DNA of 54,809 nucleotides, filler included, from Perkinsus olseni (GCA_013115125.1; 2 parts of 2 records of this genome joined end to end with filler, not necessarily neighbours in it), one strand, 5' to 3'; positions 12,320 to 27,574 are shown, counted from the whole stretch's first letter. Notes: generated by a model from the sequence alone, not told the origin. Numbers and translations: made by a program.

Positions 12320-13798
12320 TCAGTTACGTCGTCGCTTCCCACGAGACCGCTTGCCGCCCGAAGCAGCCTGACAGCAGGAATCCAAGGTTGACTCTGGCGT
12401 TAAACGGAATAAGTTACCTCTGCTGTTGCTGGACGCTTCCCGAGCTGCATTGGATCGAGCTCGACATTCCTGGATGCCTGGTGGCGGGCCTGACCAGCGA
12501 AACCGAATTTTGAATAAAAGTAGGCGGAGCGAAGCTTCTCAGAGAGAATGAAGCGCCCGTGTCGAGATCTCAACTGCTGATACGAAACCGGGCGGCATAG
12601 GATATCTTAGGTTCACGCACGAAGGATACGGAATAAGTCAGGTTACCTTCAGAATATCGTCATCGTAATGTACTACGCCATCCCCTCCGGCAGAAGAGTC
12701 GACGAGATCTTGCAGAGACCGTCCGCCGCCAGAAGGCCTAGTGGCACCAGCAGAACCAACCTAACAGGCACTCCAAGTATCCAAAGGTTGACTCATGCAA
12801 GATACGGAACAGGTCAGGATGCTCACCGTCTTTGAAGCTCTGACGATATCTCCAAGATTGCTCTTCTTAACTGCCATATCCGCTATCTCTCCGACCTCCT
12901 CCAAAGTAACTGTACCACCAGCGCTGCCCCCAGATCTGAAACCGAAGCCATTAGGAGACCGCCCAACCCCCTTCCTCCCTTACCCTCCCATCATGCTGTT
13001 CCTCAAGCGCCTTAGCTCAGCCTTGTTCTGCTTAGTCGTCGGCAACCTCAACATGTTATTCTCCTCGTACTCCTCCCTCTCAGCGAACTTATTCATCAAC
13101 CGACTCTCTGCCGCGTCCACCATCCCTCGCCCTTCCCCGACGATAACCGGAGCGTCGCTGAACTCGTCTCGGAGATCCCGGACAGCCTCTGATCTTTCAA
13201 ATGCAGCCAACCTTCGCTCCGCCTTTTTTCGCTCCCCCGCAGTAACCTCGTTATCATCCATCATCATTACTCCACCAGCAACCTTCGGGGCCTTGTACAG
13301 CTTCCCACCCTCCTCGGCCCCTTCGCCCGACACCCCCTCATCCGCATCATCCTCCTCAAGACCCTTCTCCATACTCGCCAGATTGGGCCTGTCTTCCAAC
13401 TCCTCCTCGAGCTTACCATCGGTGCTCGCCAACTTCACTAACCGGTCGATCTGGTACTTCAACTTCTGTTCTATTGGCCTCATTCTCTCCATCAGGGCCC
13501 TCTGCCATGCCAACTGCGCCACCACTGGATGCTCGGCAACACTCATCCCTCTCTTCTTCAGCGTCATGTAGTACCCTAAATTACCCATGTAGCTCAGCAG
13601 GAGCTGCAGTTTGGCCATCACGAACCGGACGACCCCCTTGTCGGGCAGCGCCGGCAGGTCGTGGATCACCTCCGCCAAAGGCTTCACCCGGCCCTCGAGC
13701 TCCTGAGCGCATTCTCTGTAGTGTGCGAGAAGGCTGCGATACTCGTCTAACTCGGCAGGGACCATCTCGCGTCGTTTGGACGGGGAGAGGTCCGTCAT
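12320..13798 (-). CDS. NGDN: Lcp5/neuroguidin-like SSU processome protein (Sas10/Utp3/C1D domain)
   Basis: GVVRFVMAKLQLLLSY, HPVV..L...R..MERMRPIEQKLKYQIDRLV, RPN, YKAPK, LRDEFSDAP and REEYEENNMLRLP are family hallmarks; basic C-terminus GKRRRN*. Confidence 0.88.
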
Positions 13799-14889
13799 AA
13801 TTTGGAAGACAGTAACTTCTAAAACAAGCATTTCCTATCATCATTAAACCCCTGCACGGTTTAGCCCCTCCTTTCTTCCTGGTCGATTTCGCGTCCCAAG
13901 ACGCATCAGGAGACGAGGGACAAATTCTCCTCTCCGAGAACTGACTTCCTTCAGGGAGCTTGGGCCCCCGCAAGAGACCACCTGGGCTCTCCAGCAGCCA
14001 AGTTGAAGTATCACCCAGTCTGATGCCTGCCTCATCGACTCAATGCGAAAGTACCAATTTGCAAGCGCTGGCCTCCACCCATAGATAGACACGTCATTAT
14101 TACTCAGTGAAGCCACTCACTACTACTTAGTACACTAGTTTAACTGAACTGCTATCACTTAACCTTATTGATAGTCAAAAATGGTCATTGATAGCAGCTG
14201 ACGGCAGTAATGATGATACCAGAAGCTTGCGGATATCGTCGGGGTAATGTCCCTATTCCCTAGAGCCACGAAGCCGATCAGAAAAACTCAGAGTCGATTC
14301 TGGAATTCATTCTAACACGTAAGATGTGGCGCTTCCAAACGTGACTGGCCTATTGAACACCCCCATGGTCTCGGAGATAATTTTTCCAAAATTGTACGTG
14401 CCTAGATTCGGTGAGAATCTGAATAAAAGGAAAATTCTATGCCAAAATTACGACAATCCTCAGCAAAATTAATTCTGAAACTGAGCCTGGCACGGATGAA
14501 TCCCAAACTGAGGGAAGCGAAGCACACGAGTCCCCAATGCAACCACCTCCGTAATGTTCAACTACTATCTTCTGGGCTTCCCGACTCGGGAATCCCGAGC
14601 AGCCTCAGGATTTATTTTTTCCGCGCTAAGTTAGGCCCTAGATGCGAGAATAGGAGAGGCCTGCTGCTTCCCCCCTCACCAGTGCAGCCCCTATACATCA
14701 CCTTGCAACTACTGAACGCGAGGTCAGCTCTGGTGGGCGTGCGCGTAATTTCGTGGCGCAGTGACTCATACTTTGTTATTGACGGAAATTCCAGAGCACA
14801 CATGATGGCGCTCTTCCTTCGCCGTCCACTACAGCCTGCTACTCAATCTCTGGTATCTTGAGGTTGACTTCGACCATCACAGACTCATC

Positions 14890-17483
<2,594 letters not shown>

Positions 17484-17680
17484 TCTAAAGGTCGTGGGTT
17501 CGAACCTCAGTGAGTGCGTTTTTACGGCCCTAGTTGCCGGTGATGTCATATTCATTCTCATGTGCATTTTTTAAGAGTTTCTTAACCCCTCCATCGCGCA
17601 TTTGAGTTTCGCCTAACCTCAGCGCGGAGTCACGGTCTTGTCAGTCTTCTTCTTTTTTGTCTACATTCACCCTCATCCAG

Positions 17681-19347
17681 ATGTCCCAGGCCGCAGCCAA
17701 GCGCGAGTGGGATCCGACGATGGAGCCATTGAGTAATCGATTGGTCCCGGGTTCGAATCTAGGCGTTGGCATTACGACCATTGGGGGTGTTTTCTGCATC
17801 GCTCCGCTGTAATTTTGTGGATTTTTTCAGTGAAACTTCTGATGAGCAAGAAGGGCATTAACAATCGCACTGCCACTGAGGTCGGGAAGAAGGTTGTCAC
17901 TATCATCCGAGGTAATCGCTCGTAAGGCTCCTGGGGAAATTTTTCCGATTCCCGGGGAAATTTCCCATTTTTTCCGGTAACGCAGGCTCAGTGGAACGGC
18001 GTTGGAATTTCGTGGCGCGTGACGGTTGATTGGCTGCAGGTAAGGAGCTAACAGAGTTCCTTCTCAATAACGGCACTCTACTTAAGAAGAGGTGTCCCGA
18101 GGCCTTGAAGAAGTGTCTCGACGGCAAGGCCCCCGAGACAGAGGCGGACAACGCTAAGCTCGTCATCCCCCTCATCACCAATGGCTTTATGTTCCGCTGT
18201 GTTGATGCTACGGTACTGGAGGGGTGGGGGCGCGTCGATTCGGCGTATCTTTGGTTGAAGCTAGATCCAAGCAACGGACAAGCCTTCGGGAAGTACGGAG
18301 CGTCGTCGTCGGAAGTGGCCCGATAGGGTCGGCCGAGTTGCGCCCCAGCACCAGGGATATGACCCTAAGGGCCTTTATATTGTTGAATGGGAGGTAGTGG
18401 AGGGAAGGCGGAGCGAAGCGTGTTCTTTTGTACATTTTTGTTTCACGTAGGGATCCAAGACGATGCAATACGTCCTCTTAGCGGTCGTCATTACTGCCGT
18501 CCTTTTGATGTGCCTCTTCCCAGTATGGCCAATGTGGGCCAAGCTTGCCGTCTGGTAGGGCGTATCTTTGGGAAGTGCGCACAGCGAAGATTTTTATCCT
18601 AGGTACTTAACAGTGGCCTTCTCGACGTTTATGACGGTATTGCTCGTCATTCGAATGATCTGCTATGTGGCACTCTGGGCCTTCGGCGCGGACTTCTGGA
18701 TCTTCCCCAATCTCCTCGATGAGGATGTAAGTGTCAACTCGACCTGTTCTGTATCCTGCATGGATCAACCTTGGATACCTATCCTCCGTCCCTTTCAGCT
18801 CGGAGTAATCGAGTCCTTCCAGCCTTTATACTCGTTCGCCTATCGTTCGGACGATTGGCTGATGATCGTGTGCCGAGTGCTCTCTGTGGGCGTTATCGCC
18901 ATAGCCATCCACCAGCTCAGCCAGACCCACTCCCTGTCGGACATTGGTGAGTTCGCCAAGGTTCAATTCCTCGACATAGTGGAGTGGGGAGAGAACAAGC
19001 TGCAGAACGGTAAGAGGGGTTGGGAAATTACGAGCGTATCAAGATCGAGGGGAAAATTCTATGATAGAAAATGGAAGATGGGAAATTCATTTGGGAGAAA
19101 TCGATGAGGGTTGGCGGGGCACTTGTACGGTTTATCTTCTGGGTGGCATCAGAGGCGGCGTTTGGTCGTAGTGGTACCTTTTCTGTCAGGTCCCGAGATG
19201 AAGCAAAGATTCCCTTCCCTGGAACAGGTGAAGCAGGAGACGGAAATCGACGGTGATAACGACACAGCTCGGGTGAATACCGACTACACCACTCAAGACA
19301 CGGGTGACTACGAGGATGATCTTGACGAGACTTTCGAGGAAGAGTAG
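17681..19347 (+). CDS. SEC62: ER translocation protein Sec62
   Basis: ...VVTIIRGKELTEFL..., CLFPVWP, two hydrophobic helices, FWIFPNLLDED|LGVIESFQPLYSF, acidic C-terminal tail. Confidence 0.9.
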
Positions 19348-19487
19348 TTGCCGGCAAGCAGCAGCAGCAGCAGACACCAGCGTATTATGCTCATCGCTCC
19401 CGATGGGAGGTCTTCTCTACTGTGGTCTCTTGTTGCGCTCGGAAGGGTTGGGCTTTCGACGTTGTCTTGGAGTTTGTTTTTTCTCGG

Positions 19488-21055
19488 ATGTCACTTTTCC
19501 AATCCCGGATACTCTCCAGAACTTTGCATCATCGACGGCAAGATTCGGGGGACTCTAGTCGAGAGGACGGATGGTCGTCACCGTCTGTTGCGGGCAGTAG
19601 CTCGCAGGGGACCGGTACTGTCACGACGATTTTGCCACCACCTCGGCCTCGGTCGGAGCCAGCAGTGAAGGAGGTCGCTGCCTTGGGAGGGCTGTTTGGG
19701 GGCTATTCGTCGTCTAGTGAGTCTGAGGATGATAGCGTTGAGGAAATGCAAGATGAGCAAGATGAGTCTAGTGTGGAGGGTGTAACGGGAACGAGACTTG
19801 AAAGCGGTGGGAAGCCGGCCCAGAGCAAAGTGGCTCCTATTGAGTAAGAAGCTGCGGCAAATGGTTGACGGAACTTGTGTGGAGCATAGGTCAACCAAAG
19901 ATACGCCCCATCACCCGGTGGGGGGTCGGATGGGAAGGTTGCGCAGTATGATAGCGGAGTTGGTCCGCCCTACGATAGAAGCCACTGGAGGGGGGATTAG
20001 GGAGAAGGCCCTGGCAGCAGCACCATGTACGTTGGGAGGATATCTTGGGGTCGAGCGTGGAAGATACGAAACAGGTCGCAGTCTGCCTTCACAGCGATTG
20101 TCCTTCACCACAGTCGAGTCGTTTTAGTGATGACGTGGCCGAAGTGAGAAGTTTTGTTGCTTCCACGGGATGTTTCAGACCATCAGTAAATATCTCTGAG
20201 AATGGCGGTCAATGGCGTCTTGTGAGAGTAAGGCGGATATGGCGGAAGATGAGCAACCATCAAGTTGACATCTTTTGTATCTTGCATGGTTCAACCTAAG
20301 ATACTTGCAATGGAACTCTTCCTTTTCTTTTCAGGGCCCGTACGGCAGCAAGTTGCCCGTCTACAAAACCTCTGTGGTGATGACAAAAGCTCAGCCCAGT
20401 GGAGGCAGTTGGACTGCCGACTAGAAGACTGTCTTGAGGAATCCAAGCTCACCATTACCCGACTTGCCGAGGCCACAGCTGATGGAGTAGCTGTGTATCT
20501 CCATAGTCAACCTAAGATCCCTGACCTTGAGGGAAGGTAATACCCCCCCCCCCCTTTAACCGTGCATTAGAGCTTCTCCTTCTCACCTGCTGACTGCGTG
20601 AAGAGTGACTTATTCTCGTGAGCAGGTCTACCGAATCCTCTGTGGTGTCGTCGGAGAGCGTTGTAGACGAGCTCATGTCTCAAGTCTCGGGACCCCCGGA
20701 GTCCTCGCCCGAAGAGGTCCTCGGCGACGGTCCGACGGGAGCGGTAGTGTTTTCTCGCCCGCCCGAAATTGACGAGGCTGTGTTGAAGCAAGTGACGGAG
20801 AGTCGCGTGGCTGAGGTGGTGGATCCTGAGGAGATCGAACGAGAGCTGGAGGCCTTGGCTGCCACGCACGAGAAGGAAGTGGCGAGGCGGAAATGGGAGG
20901 ATGATTTTCCTATCGATGGCTTTAAGCTCGCCAGTGGGGAGCTCGAGGAAAGGACGTCCAAGTGGGCCTGCAAGCCGAATGAAGGGATGGACGAGATGGA
21001 TCGGCGACGATGTACTACTGGTGCTGAGAAGAAATTGGGTTGGGTTATTTTATGA
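19488..21055 (+). CDS. Multi-exon hypothetical protein (acidic, low-complexity)
   Basis: Coding-like blocks LGGLFGGYSSSSESEDD, VRQQVARLQNL...LEESKLTITRLAE, and a long last exon to ...EKKLGWVIL*. Start and junctions approximate. Confidence 0.55.
20277..20304. repeat. Dispersed ~28-bp inverted-repeat element GTATCTTGCATGGTTCAACCTAAGATAC; type example of element D
   Basis: Near-full copies at 9999-10026, 12777-12805, 18751-18778, 12602-12629 and 20495-20520; half sites elsewhere. Confidence 0.8.
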
Positions 21056-21533
21056 TTTTAGAGGAAGCATATCGGCTCCTTTAGTGAATGCAAACTCGAT
21101 TTAGCTGTACATCTTACGCTTTCGACTCGTTGTGAATCGTGCTCGGCTGTTGTGTAACTTTAGGAAAGATTTATTACCTGATCGTTCCGCCACGGTGAAC
21201 GTCTTTACTATCGATTGTAAAGTAACGGTGAAACTGAGCGGCGTATTGTCTTCAGGGATATTCTCCCGAACTCCCCGGGTCCATCTCAAAGACCCCAATC
21301 GAGCAGCGGATCGGAGCACTCATGGCCTGGTCGGTCGATGGACTAGTCTGCAGCGAAGAAGGGCAGCAGCAGCACACTCAGCGCCCTATTGACGACCCTA
21401 GTATCAACATCACTGTGTACCATTCCGCCACACCATTATTATGGGGTATCATTCTTCTAACTGATGCCGTTGTGTTGTCCCCGGGCGGCGTCAGTGCGTT
21501 CAGGGGTGATCCCTGTAGTACTTTAGAGAGCGT

Positions 21534-22392
21534 ATGTTGCTATCCGGTCGGCGGCAGGTGGAGGGAAGATTGACGACGCTTTGGAGCTCCTGCTCTCCTT
21601 GCGGCTGTCGGGGGTATCATAAGTTTGTACGGCCAGAGGCCCCTAACCAGGACAACCTCAAGAAGATTATTACTAGGGTAGTAGACTGATGACCATTGCT
21701 GCTACCGTTTCCACTGTTCTAACATTTACTCACGTTCGAAGGGAACCGGTAGGGCTAGGAAGGACATGCCTAGTGGCCCGGCTGAGGTGTACTCGACCGG
21801 GCACTATTCACAGTATCGGATGATCGTCGGAGATTCGCGTAATTTCGATGGTAATGTGGAGGAACGTATCATAGGTTGAACCTTGCTCGCGGCAAACCTG
21901 CTCCAATGGTATAAAGATTCCTCCTTGGTCGTGTTACCTCTATATTAACTATTCGTACGTACAGTTAGTCGCTAGTGTCGAACGGTTTATGGCCGTGCGC
22001 GACCTAGCAGTCCTTCGGCCTCCTGTCGCCGTGAACTCACAACGGGAGTCACGTCGGCCACTTCGACCAGGGAGAGTCTCTCAGGAACTTCAACCGATCG
22101 CCTTCGAGATGCAAAACGACAAGAATGCCGGCAACTACCTCTATGACAAGCACTACTGGGGTTACATTTGCTCTCCCAAGTTCGAAGGGAAGACGTACAA
22201 GGAGATGAAGGAGATGCTCGCGGAGCTGCTAGAGAAGTGCGATATGACCGAGGGACGCTGTCGCTTCAAATTGGAACCGCCAAGTCGCTGGGAGGTAGTA
22301 AAGAGGACTTGGCCGCGCGCCACGAAATTATTGGTGTTTCCTGTCAGAAATTGAAGCGAATTCGACGGCGGCGTTTTTCGTTGGATCGGTGA
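21534..22392 (+). CDS. BolA-like protein, probably mitochondrial; exons 21534-21677, 22085-22294, 22348-22392
   Basis: Splicing gives ...DNLKKIITR|ELQPIAFEMQND...HYWGYICSPKFEGKTYKEMKEMLAELL, which fits the BolA pattern (LxPxxLEVxND..H..IVSxxFEGK). Phases are consistent and the N-terminus is Arg-rich. Confidence 0.7.
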
Positions 22393-22401
22393 TGACCGAG
22401 C

Positions 22402-23898
22402 ATGTTGTTGATTCGCCGGTTTCTGTGGTCCTCTCCCTGTCGGCTTGTCTTGCCATTTTTGCATCGCTCCGCTGAAGGATTTGTTTATGTTTTTACCAAC
22501 AATCTTCCAATGTCACGCCAATCCTCGTGTTCCCTTCAAAGCCTGCTGGAGAGTATCCTCGTCACGATACCCTTCCTCAGTGTCCCTCCCGAAGCCTATC
22601 AGCTCCAGGCCACCGTCGCTGTCATCGGCCTGCTTGAACTCGTGATAGCCCCAGTATGGCGCAACGCTCCCGCCGCCCTCGGTCTGGCCTTCGCCGTTTT
22701 GGTGCGCTACGACGCGTCCCTCGCTCCGGTCTGTTCGATGATGGTACTAATAGGATACGCGGGGTCCGTGCTGATCAGACCTGAGTGGGAGGCCACGGCT
22801 TCCCTGGTGCTGCTGCCACTTCTCTTCGTCGCCCCTGTTCTGGCGGTCTTCCTCCTAGTGCTCCTCTGTGGCCTGTCAGAAGACCTTCTAGGATCTCGTC
22901 TAAGTCGGTTAGAGGCGGGTTTGCTAGCCCAGCTCGCCGCCTGCGCTTCCCTTGCTTTTACCAGCCGCTCGGCGTCGTCTGTTCCGGCGGCCTGGGCGGA
23001 GATGTTGGCCTCCACGCTGCTGCTTTTCGGAGTGCTGCTTGCCCTAGCGAAATTCAGAGTCACCCCGCGATGGTCGCGGTCCCCGCTCTGTTCCCTAGTG
23101 GTCTGTGCTGTCTTCCTCATCGGCCGTTCAACCCTCAGTGAGGCTCCCGAGCGGTCGATCGGTTCACTGATGGGCTACATTGGAACCGTACCGCACCTCC
23201 GGATACTCGCCTGGTGGGCCCTAGCCATTCTGGTCAGCATCGGCGCGACCCAGCTCGCTGAGAGCGCCCATATCTTCGGCCATGGTCCTCGAGCGACGGT
23301 CATCGTCAGGAAGCTCTTCCATCTCCTCGCAGTAGTGATCTTCCAACCGTTCATCTTCGAGGACCCGCAGTTCCTAGGCTTCTCCCAGCTCGTCGCGTTC
23401 GGCCTCTTCGTCGTTTTGGAGGCCCTTCGAGTCCACTATGTGGACTGGAAGGCGGTCAGGCGACTGTCGGAGTATCTTTCCCAGTATCTTGACGGTAAGG
23501 ACCCGGCCGATGGAGGTCTTATCTTAACCCATATCTCACTTCTCTTGGGTATGGCGATCCCGGTGTGGTTCGAGCTTGGCTTCGCCGGGGAATTTTCGGT
23601 TCTTCGAGCGTCGGCTGGTGTCCTGTCGGTGGGTGTTGGGGACGCGATGGCAGCTTGTGTAGGGGTTACTGTGAAGGGACCTAAAATGCCGGGGGCGGAG
23701 CGACGCACTATCGCCGGCTGTTTGGGTTTCGTCCTCTCGGCGATGCTCTATGGTTTCGCTGTCAGCGGTGGTAACTGGGCTGTGATTTCGCGAAGGAATG
23801 GTATGGTGATATACCTCACTGCACTTTTGGAGTGCTACATTACGAGCATCGATAATCTCGTCCTGCCCGTCTACATGCTGGCGCTGATGGCCTTCTAA
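22402..23898 (+). CDS. DOLK: Dolichol kinase (intronless, polytopic); true start may be the ATG at 22510
   Basis: RKLFHLLAV, YLDGKD..GGLILTHISLLLGMAIPVW, GVLSVGVGDAMAACVG, RRTIAG and SIDNLVLP. Confidence 0.93.
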   Translation: MLLIRRFLWSSPCRLVLPFLHRSAEGFVYVFTNNLPMSRQSSCSLQSLLESILVTIPFLSVPPEAYQLQATVAVIGLLELVIAPVWRNAPAALGLAFAVLVRYDASLAPVCSMMVLIGYAGSVLIRPEWEATASLVLLPLLFVAPVLAVFLLVLLCGLSEDLLGSRLSRLEAGLLAQLAACASLAFTSRSASSVPAAWAEMLASTLLLFGVLLALAKFRVTPRWSRSPLCSLVVCAVFLIGRSTLSEAPERSIGSLMGYIGTVPHLRILAWWALAILVSIGATQLAESAHIFGHGPRATVIVRKLFHLLAVVIFQPFIFEDPQFLGFSQLVAFGLFVVLEALRVHYVDWKAVRRLSEYLSQYLDGKDPADGGLILTHISLLLGMAIPVWFELGFAGEFSVLRASAGVLSVGVGDAMAACVGVTVKGPKMPGAERRTIAGCLGFVLSAMLYGFAVSGGNWAVISRRNGMVIYLTALLECYITSIDNLVLPVYMLALMAF

Positions 23899-24067
23899 CA
23901 CCTTCCTGTCTGACCGGTGATCGGAAGAGCTGTTTGCCAAGACACTTGTCGGGTGGCACGCACTGCCGCTCAGTTTCTTCAGTGTATCAATTTCTTTGTC
24001 ACAGTCACAGCAAATTGCGTTTGTTATTCCAGGCTGGAGGTCGCTGCGGGTTAGGGTTCAAGACGAC

Positions 24068-25586
24068 ATGGACAGCCCTGAAACCACTGGCCTGCTGTCA
24101 CGGGATTCGACAGTTATTGGCGAGCTTGTGGTAGAGGATGAGCACCTCTGGCGGTCTACATATCGTACCTACTTCCGAAACACTGCTACGGTGGTGTCGT
24201 CGGGAGCGCTGAGGATGATGGCCGACTCGGTCGTGCTGTCCGTGCTGGGAGAGGACCCTCGATCGATGGACTTCGGCTTTGCCACGCGATGCCAGCGGAA
24301 TAGTTTCAGCATGTGCTTGGCGGCAGGTAGTCCGTGGGAGACAAGGCCCAACCGTTCTCGTCAGTGTGACTTGTTTCTGTTTGAATTTGTATCACTCCCT
24401 GCTGTTACCCTCAGGTATGACCGAGTTCCTTATCTGCTTACTCCTAGCGGGCGTTTTCGTGTGGCATTTCCAGGAGAAGTTGGGTGACCCGTATTGGAAT
24501 CGGTGGTGCGCGCGAACGTTCTCGTGGTCGGTGCTCACAGGGGCAGCCGAGTGGCTGCCGATGACCGTCTTGTCGGCCCAAGTACGGATGGTGGTCAGCT
24601 ACGCTGGCAAGTCGTGGTCCTGGCTCGAATGGCTCATGGTTGCAACGTTTGCCTTTGGGGCAACGCTTGTGTGTACTCTGAGTGTGCATGCGGCCCTGCG
24701 CAGAAGCGGTGCTAGCATATTCGTCCCACAGAACATGCGCCAGTACCTTTTACTGCTCTTTATGTACTGCATGGGCACCAGCGTTGGGACCGCCTGGTGG
24801 CTGATAATGTGAGATGGGAGGGATGATGTTACGAGCGCTAGTACAGTAGCGAAAGAGTGTTCGAGTAACTGTACCTGAAGAGGCATTCTGAACTTAGTGA
24901 GTATCAAGGCTCCGCTAGCTCAGCAGGCAGAGCGTGTGGCTGTTAACCACAAGGTCGGTGGTTCGATCCCATCGTGGAGCGCTTTTGATTAGTCGTTTCT
25001 GTATTCTTCCGCTGCTACAAGTAGTATTGTACTGTACCAGTTCTTCCACAGATATGTGATGCTCCTCAAGCCTTACCCTGCCTCACTCTTCCTCTCTATC
25101 TTCTGGGCTCTCGTGGTCTCGATCTGCGCTACGGTTTTCTATAAGCGCTTCGGTCCCGAGCCGATCATGCCTCATGGTAACCACACTTCCACTTCCCTGC
25201 GTCGCTCTGCGCTCAGCTTCATGGTCTACGCGAGCGTCGTATGCACAGTGAACGCCAACCACTCGGCCATCAAGTTCGTGGTCCAGTCTTTGCACTCCTT
25301 CAACTTCCCAGCGGAGGTCGACTCTGAAGGCCTGGCATTGTTGGCTTTCATGGCCTGGTTTGTGACGATGTTTGCTGCTTTCTTCGGATACTGGATAACC
25401 CGCACGACTCGGATAGGGTTTGGGGTATCTGGCCGCTTCTCTCGCATGGCTGTTGGCGAGGACATCATAGAGAGCCCGTGGGGTGCCTTGGCTGAGCAGA
25501 GTGCGCTGACGGTAGTATTCCGGCGCTGCAGGGTGCGCGATCCCGGGCTGTTGATGTCTCTTCATTCACGTTCCACTGTCGACTAG
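24068..25586 (+). CDS. Multi-pass membrane protein, unknown function; 3' end uncertain (may splice on to ~25817)
   Basis: MDSPETTGLL...CLAAG|MTEFLICLLL...WWLII|YVMLLKP... joined by in-phase GT-AG introns; many hydrophobic helices. Confidence 0.65.
24909..24981 (+). tRNA. trnN-GTT: tRNA-Asn (GTT), intact, inside intron 24809-25051 of the membrane-protein gene
   Basis: Full cloverleaf: acceptor GCTCCGC/GTGGAGC, D-arm GCTC/GAGC, anticodon arm TGTGG-CTGTTAA-CCACA, T-arm GGTGG-TTCGATC-CCATC, discriminator G, then CTTTT. Confidence 0.98.
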
Positions 25587-27406
25587 ATTGAGAGCTTGTA
25601 CATGTAGAGGTGGTCAATGGGGCATTCTCGCCTCGATTCGATAGAACTTTCTCACCGAACTGCCGCGCCCTCCTTAGGTTATGGCATTCGACTCCCTCTC
25701 GCTCCTCTCGGCGTTCCAATGGGGTGGCGTCTATATGGGTTCATTTGTACTCTTGGTCGGCTCGTGGGCTCTTCGGTTCACTCTGATGTAATAGGGAAGA
25801 TGGATAGTGCTGTCTGATGTGTGTATAATCACAGGCGTGAGCCGAGGACGAAATTCATGATGCATCAAAACCGCTTCTGTCGCGTCACATCAGAGCAACT
25901 CGTCCCGTAGCCGCCTGTGTCGCCCGAATCTGCTCCTGCCGGCCAGTGTTAGATCCATCCACTTACATGGGCGTATCCCGTTAATTGTGAAGGCCACCAG
26001 TTTCATCCTCGCGGCTCCGTTTTCCTATCAGGGAAGTGCACTCACTGTTATGACTACCGTGCGCATCAGATACGTAGTAGGATGTGTCATTTTCGCCACA
26101 ACAGTAGTAGGAGGAGTATCGTGGTTCTGTCGTACCTTCATCCCGAGCGATGCAGAGAAGACCATGTAGGGCGAGGAGCTGCTCAGCCACTGGCCACTAC
26201 GAGACTTTTTCAGGTACACCGCATCTGTGCTGCCTTTGCGTAGTCAGGAGATGCCCATACTGCGGCCCGACAGCGTCCCCCCAATGGAATAGTTGAAAAA
26301 TTGACTCACGCTGCTTTTTTACACGTTCGTGATGATCCTTTCATTTCTCTGTTCTCGTGTCTTGTGTTGTGACGGCTGGGCGGTTTTGGTCTTCTAGTAG
26401 CGCTACTGAAGCGTCACTGAAAACATGCAAACTTCTAAATTAACTCTGTCGGCACCGCCCGCTGCGAGACAGCCCGGCAAGCGGCTCACGGCCACGAGAT
26501 CCCTGAGCTCGCTTCAGGTGGGCCTGCCAACGGCCACTCTGACAAGAACCATTTCCTCGTCTTCAGGTGCCGCGCGAGGAGCCTTCATATCTCGAGAGTA
26601 GGGTTGGTCAGCGGCCGATGGACTTTTGACGCCTTGAGTGCCAGATTCCTCCTCTCCGCCGAAGCTGCCCCGCGTCTCCTCGGGAGTTGATCTGAGGCTC
26701 ACCCATTACCAAGCCATGAGGAACGCGATTGACGCTCGAAACAGGTAGCCCTGCATCTGATCAGTCGCCCGACGCACCGTCCCTGTCAGCCTGGTCCTCG
26801 GTGCTGGTCTGTATCGCCTGTCACGACGCCGCGCCGCGATCCCGGGGTACGGCGGTTTCATTCCTTGCAAGGACTCCGCTAACGTGCTGGGCTGCAGCTA
26901 CAGACGAGGTGGGGACCGATGCCCCCTCAGCTGGGTTCTACGAAGTGTCCCGTTTCAGCCAACTTGGTCGCCTCCGAGATCATGGAAAGGTTGAACCCTC
27001 ATCTGCCACCGGCAGAGTCTTTGTGCTGAGGAAACACCATCAGCCATGAATTTATGATGATAGATGTTCAATAGTCACCGTTAATTCACTTCGTTGAGTT
27101 TCCAGTTGGGAGTCCGAAAACTCTAGCGGTGCATCATCGTCCCTTTGCGTGAATAAAGGCACGAGGACCCTGCAGAGAGGTCGCGCTACGATCCTTCATC
27201 AGACACTGTCATTAGCACGAGGCGAATGAGTCTTGTATTATAGATTAGTTCAGTTGGGCTCTCGACTCTGAGAGGGACAGAATGCGCATTCGGATCTTGC
27301 GCTGATTATGGTCGCCCCAGCTAGCGTTCCATAGCGTGTCGCGGTACTGACTTGGATATCACTTAGGGGAAACTCAACAAGCGGATGTCTTGTGCCAGAA
27401 TAAGCC

Positions 27407-27506
27407 NNNNNNNNNNNNNNNNNNNNNNNNNNNNNNNNNNNNNNNNNNNNTTAATTAATTAANNNNNNNNNNNNNNNNNNNNNNNNNNNNNNNNNNNNNN
27501 NNNNNN
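27407..27506. other. Assembly gap with artificial TTAATTAATTAA linker (27451-27462)
   Basis: 44 N + ttaattaattaa + 44 N; symmetric, with stops in all six frames. Confidence 0.95.

Positions 27507-27574
<68 letters not shown>

Noticed and set aside
12795-13571. 258-aa plus-strand ORF
   Set aside because: Antisense shadow of the Lcp5 exon.
27451-27462. TTAATTAATTAA palindrome
   Set aside because: Centred between two 44-N runs; an artificial scaffolding linker, so adjacency across it is not guaranteed.
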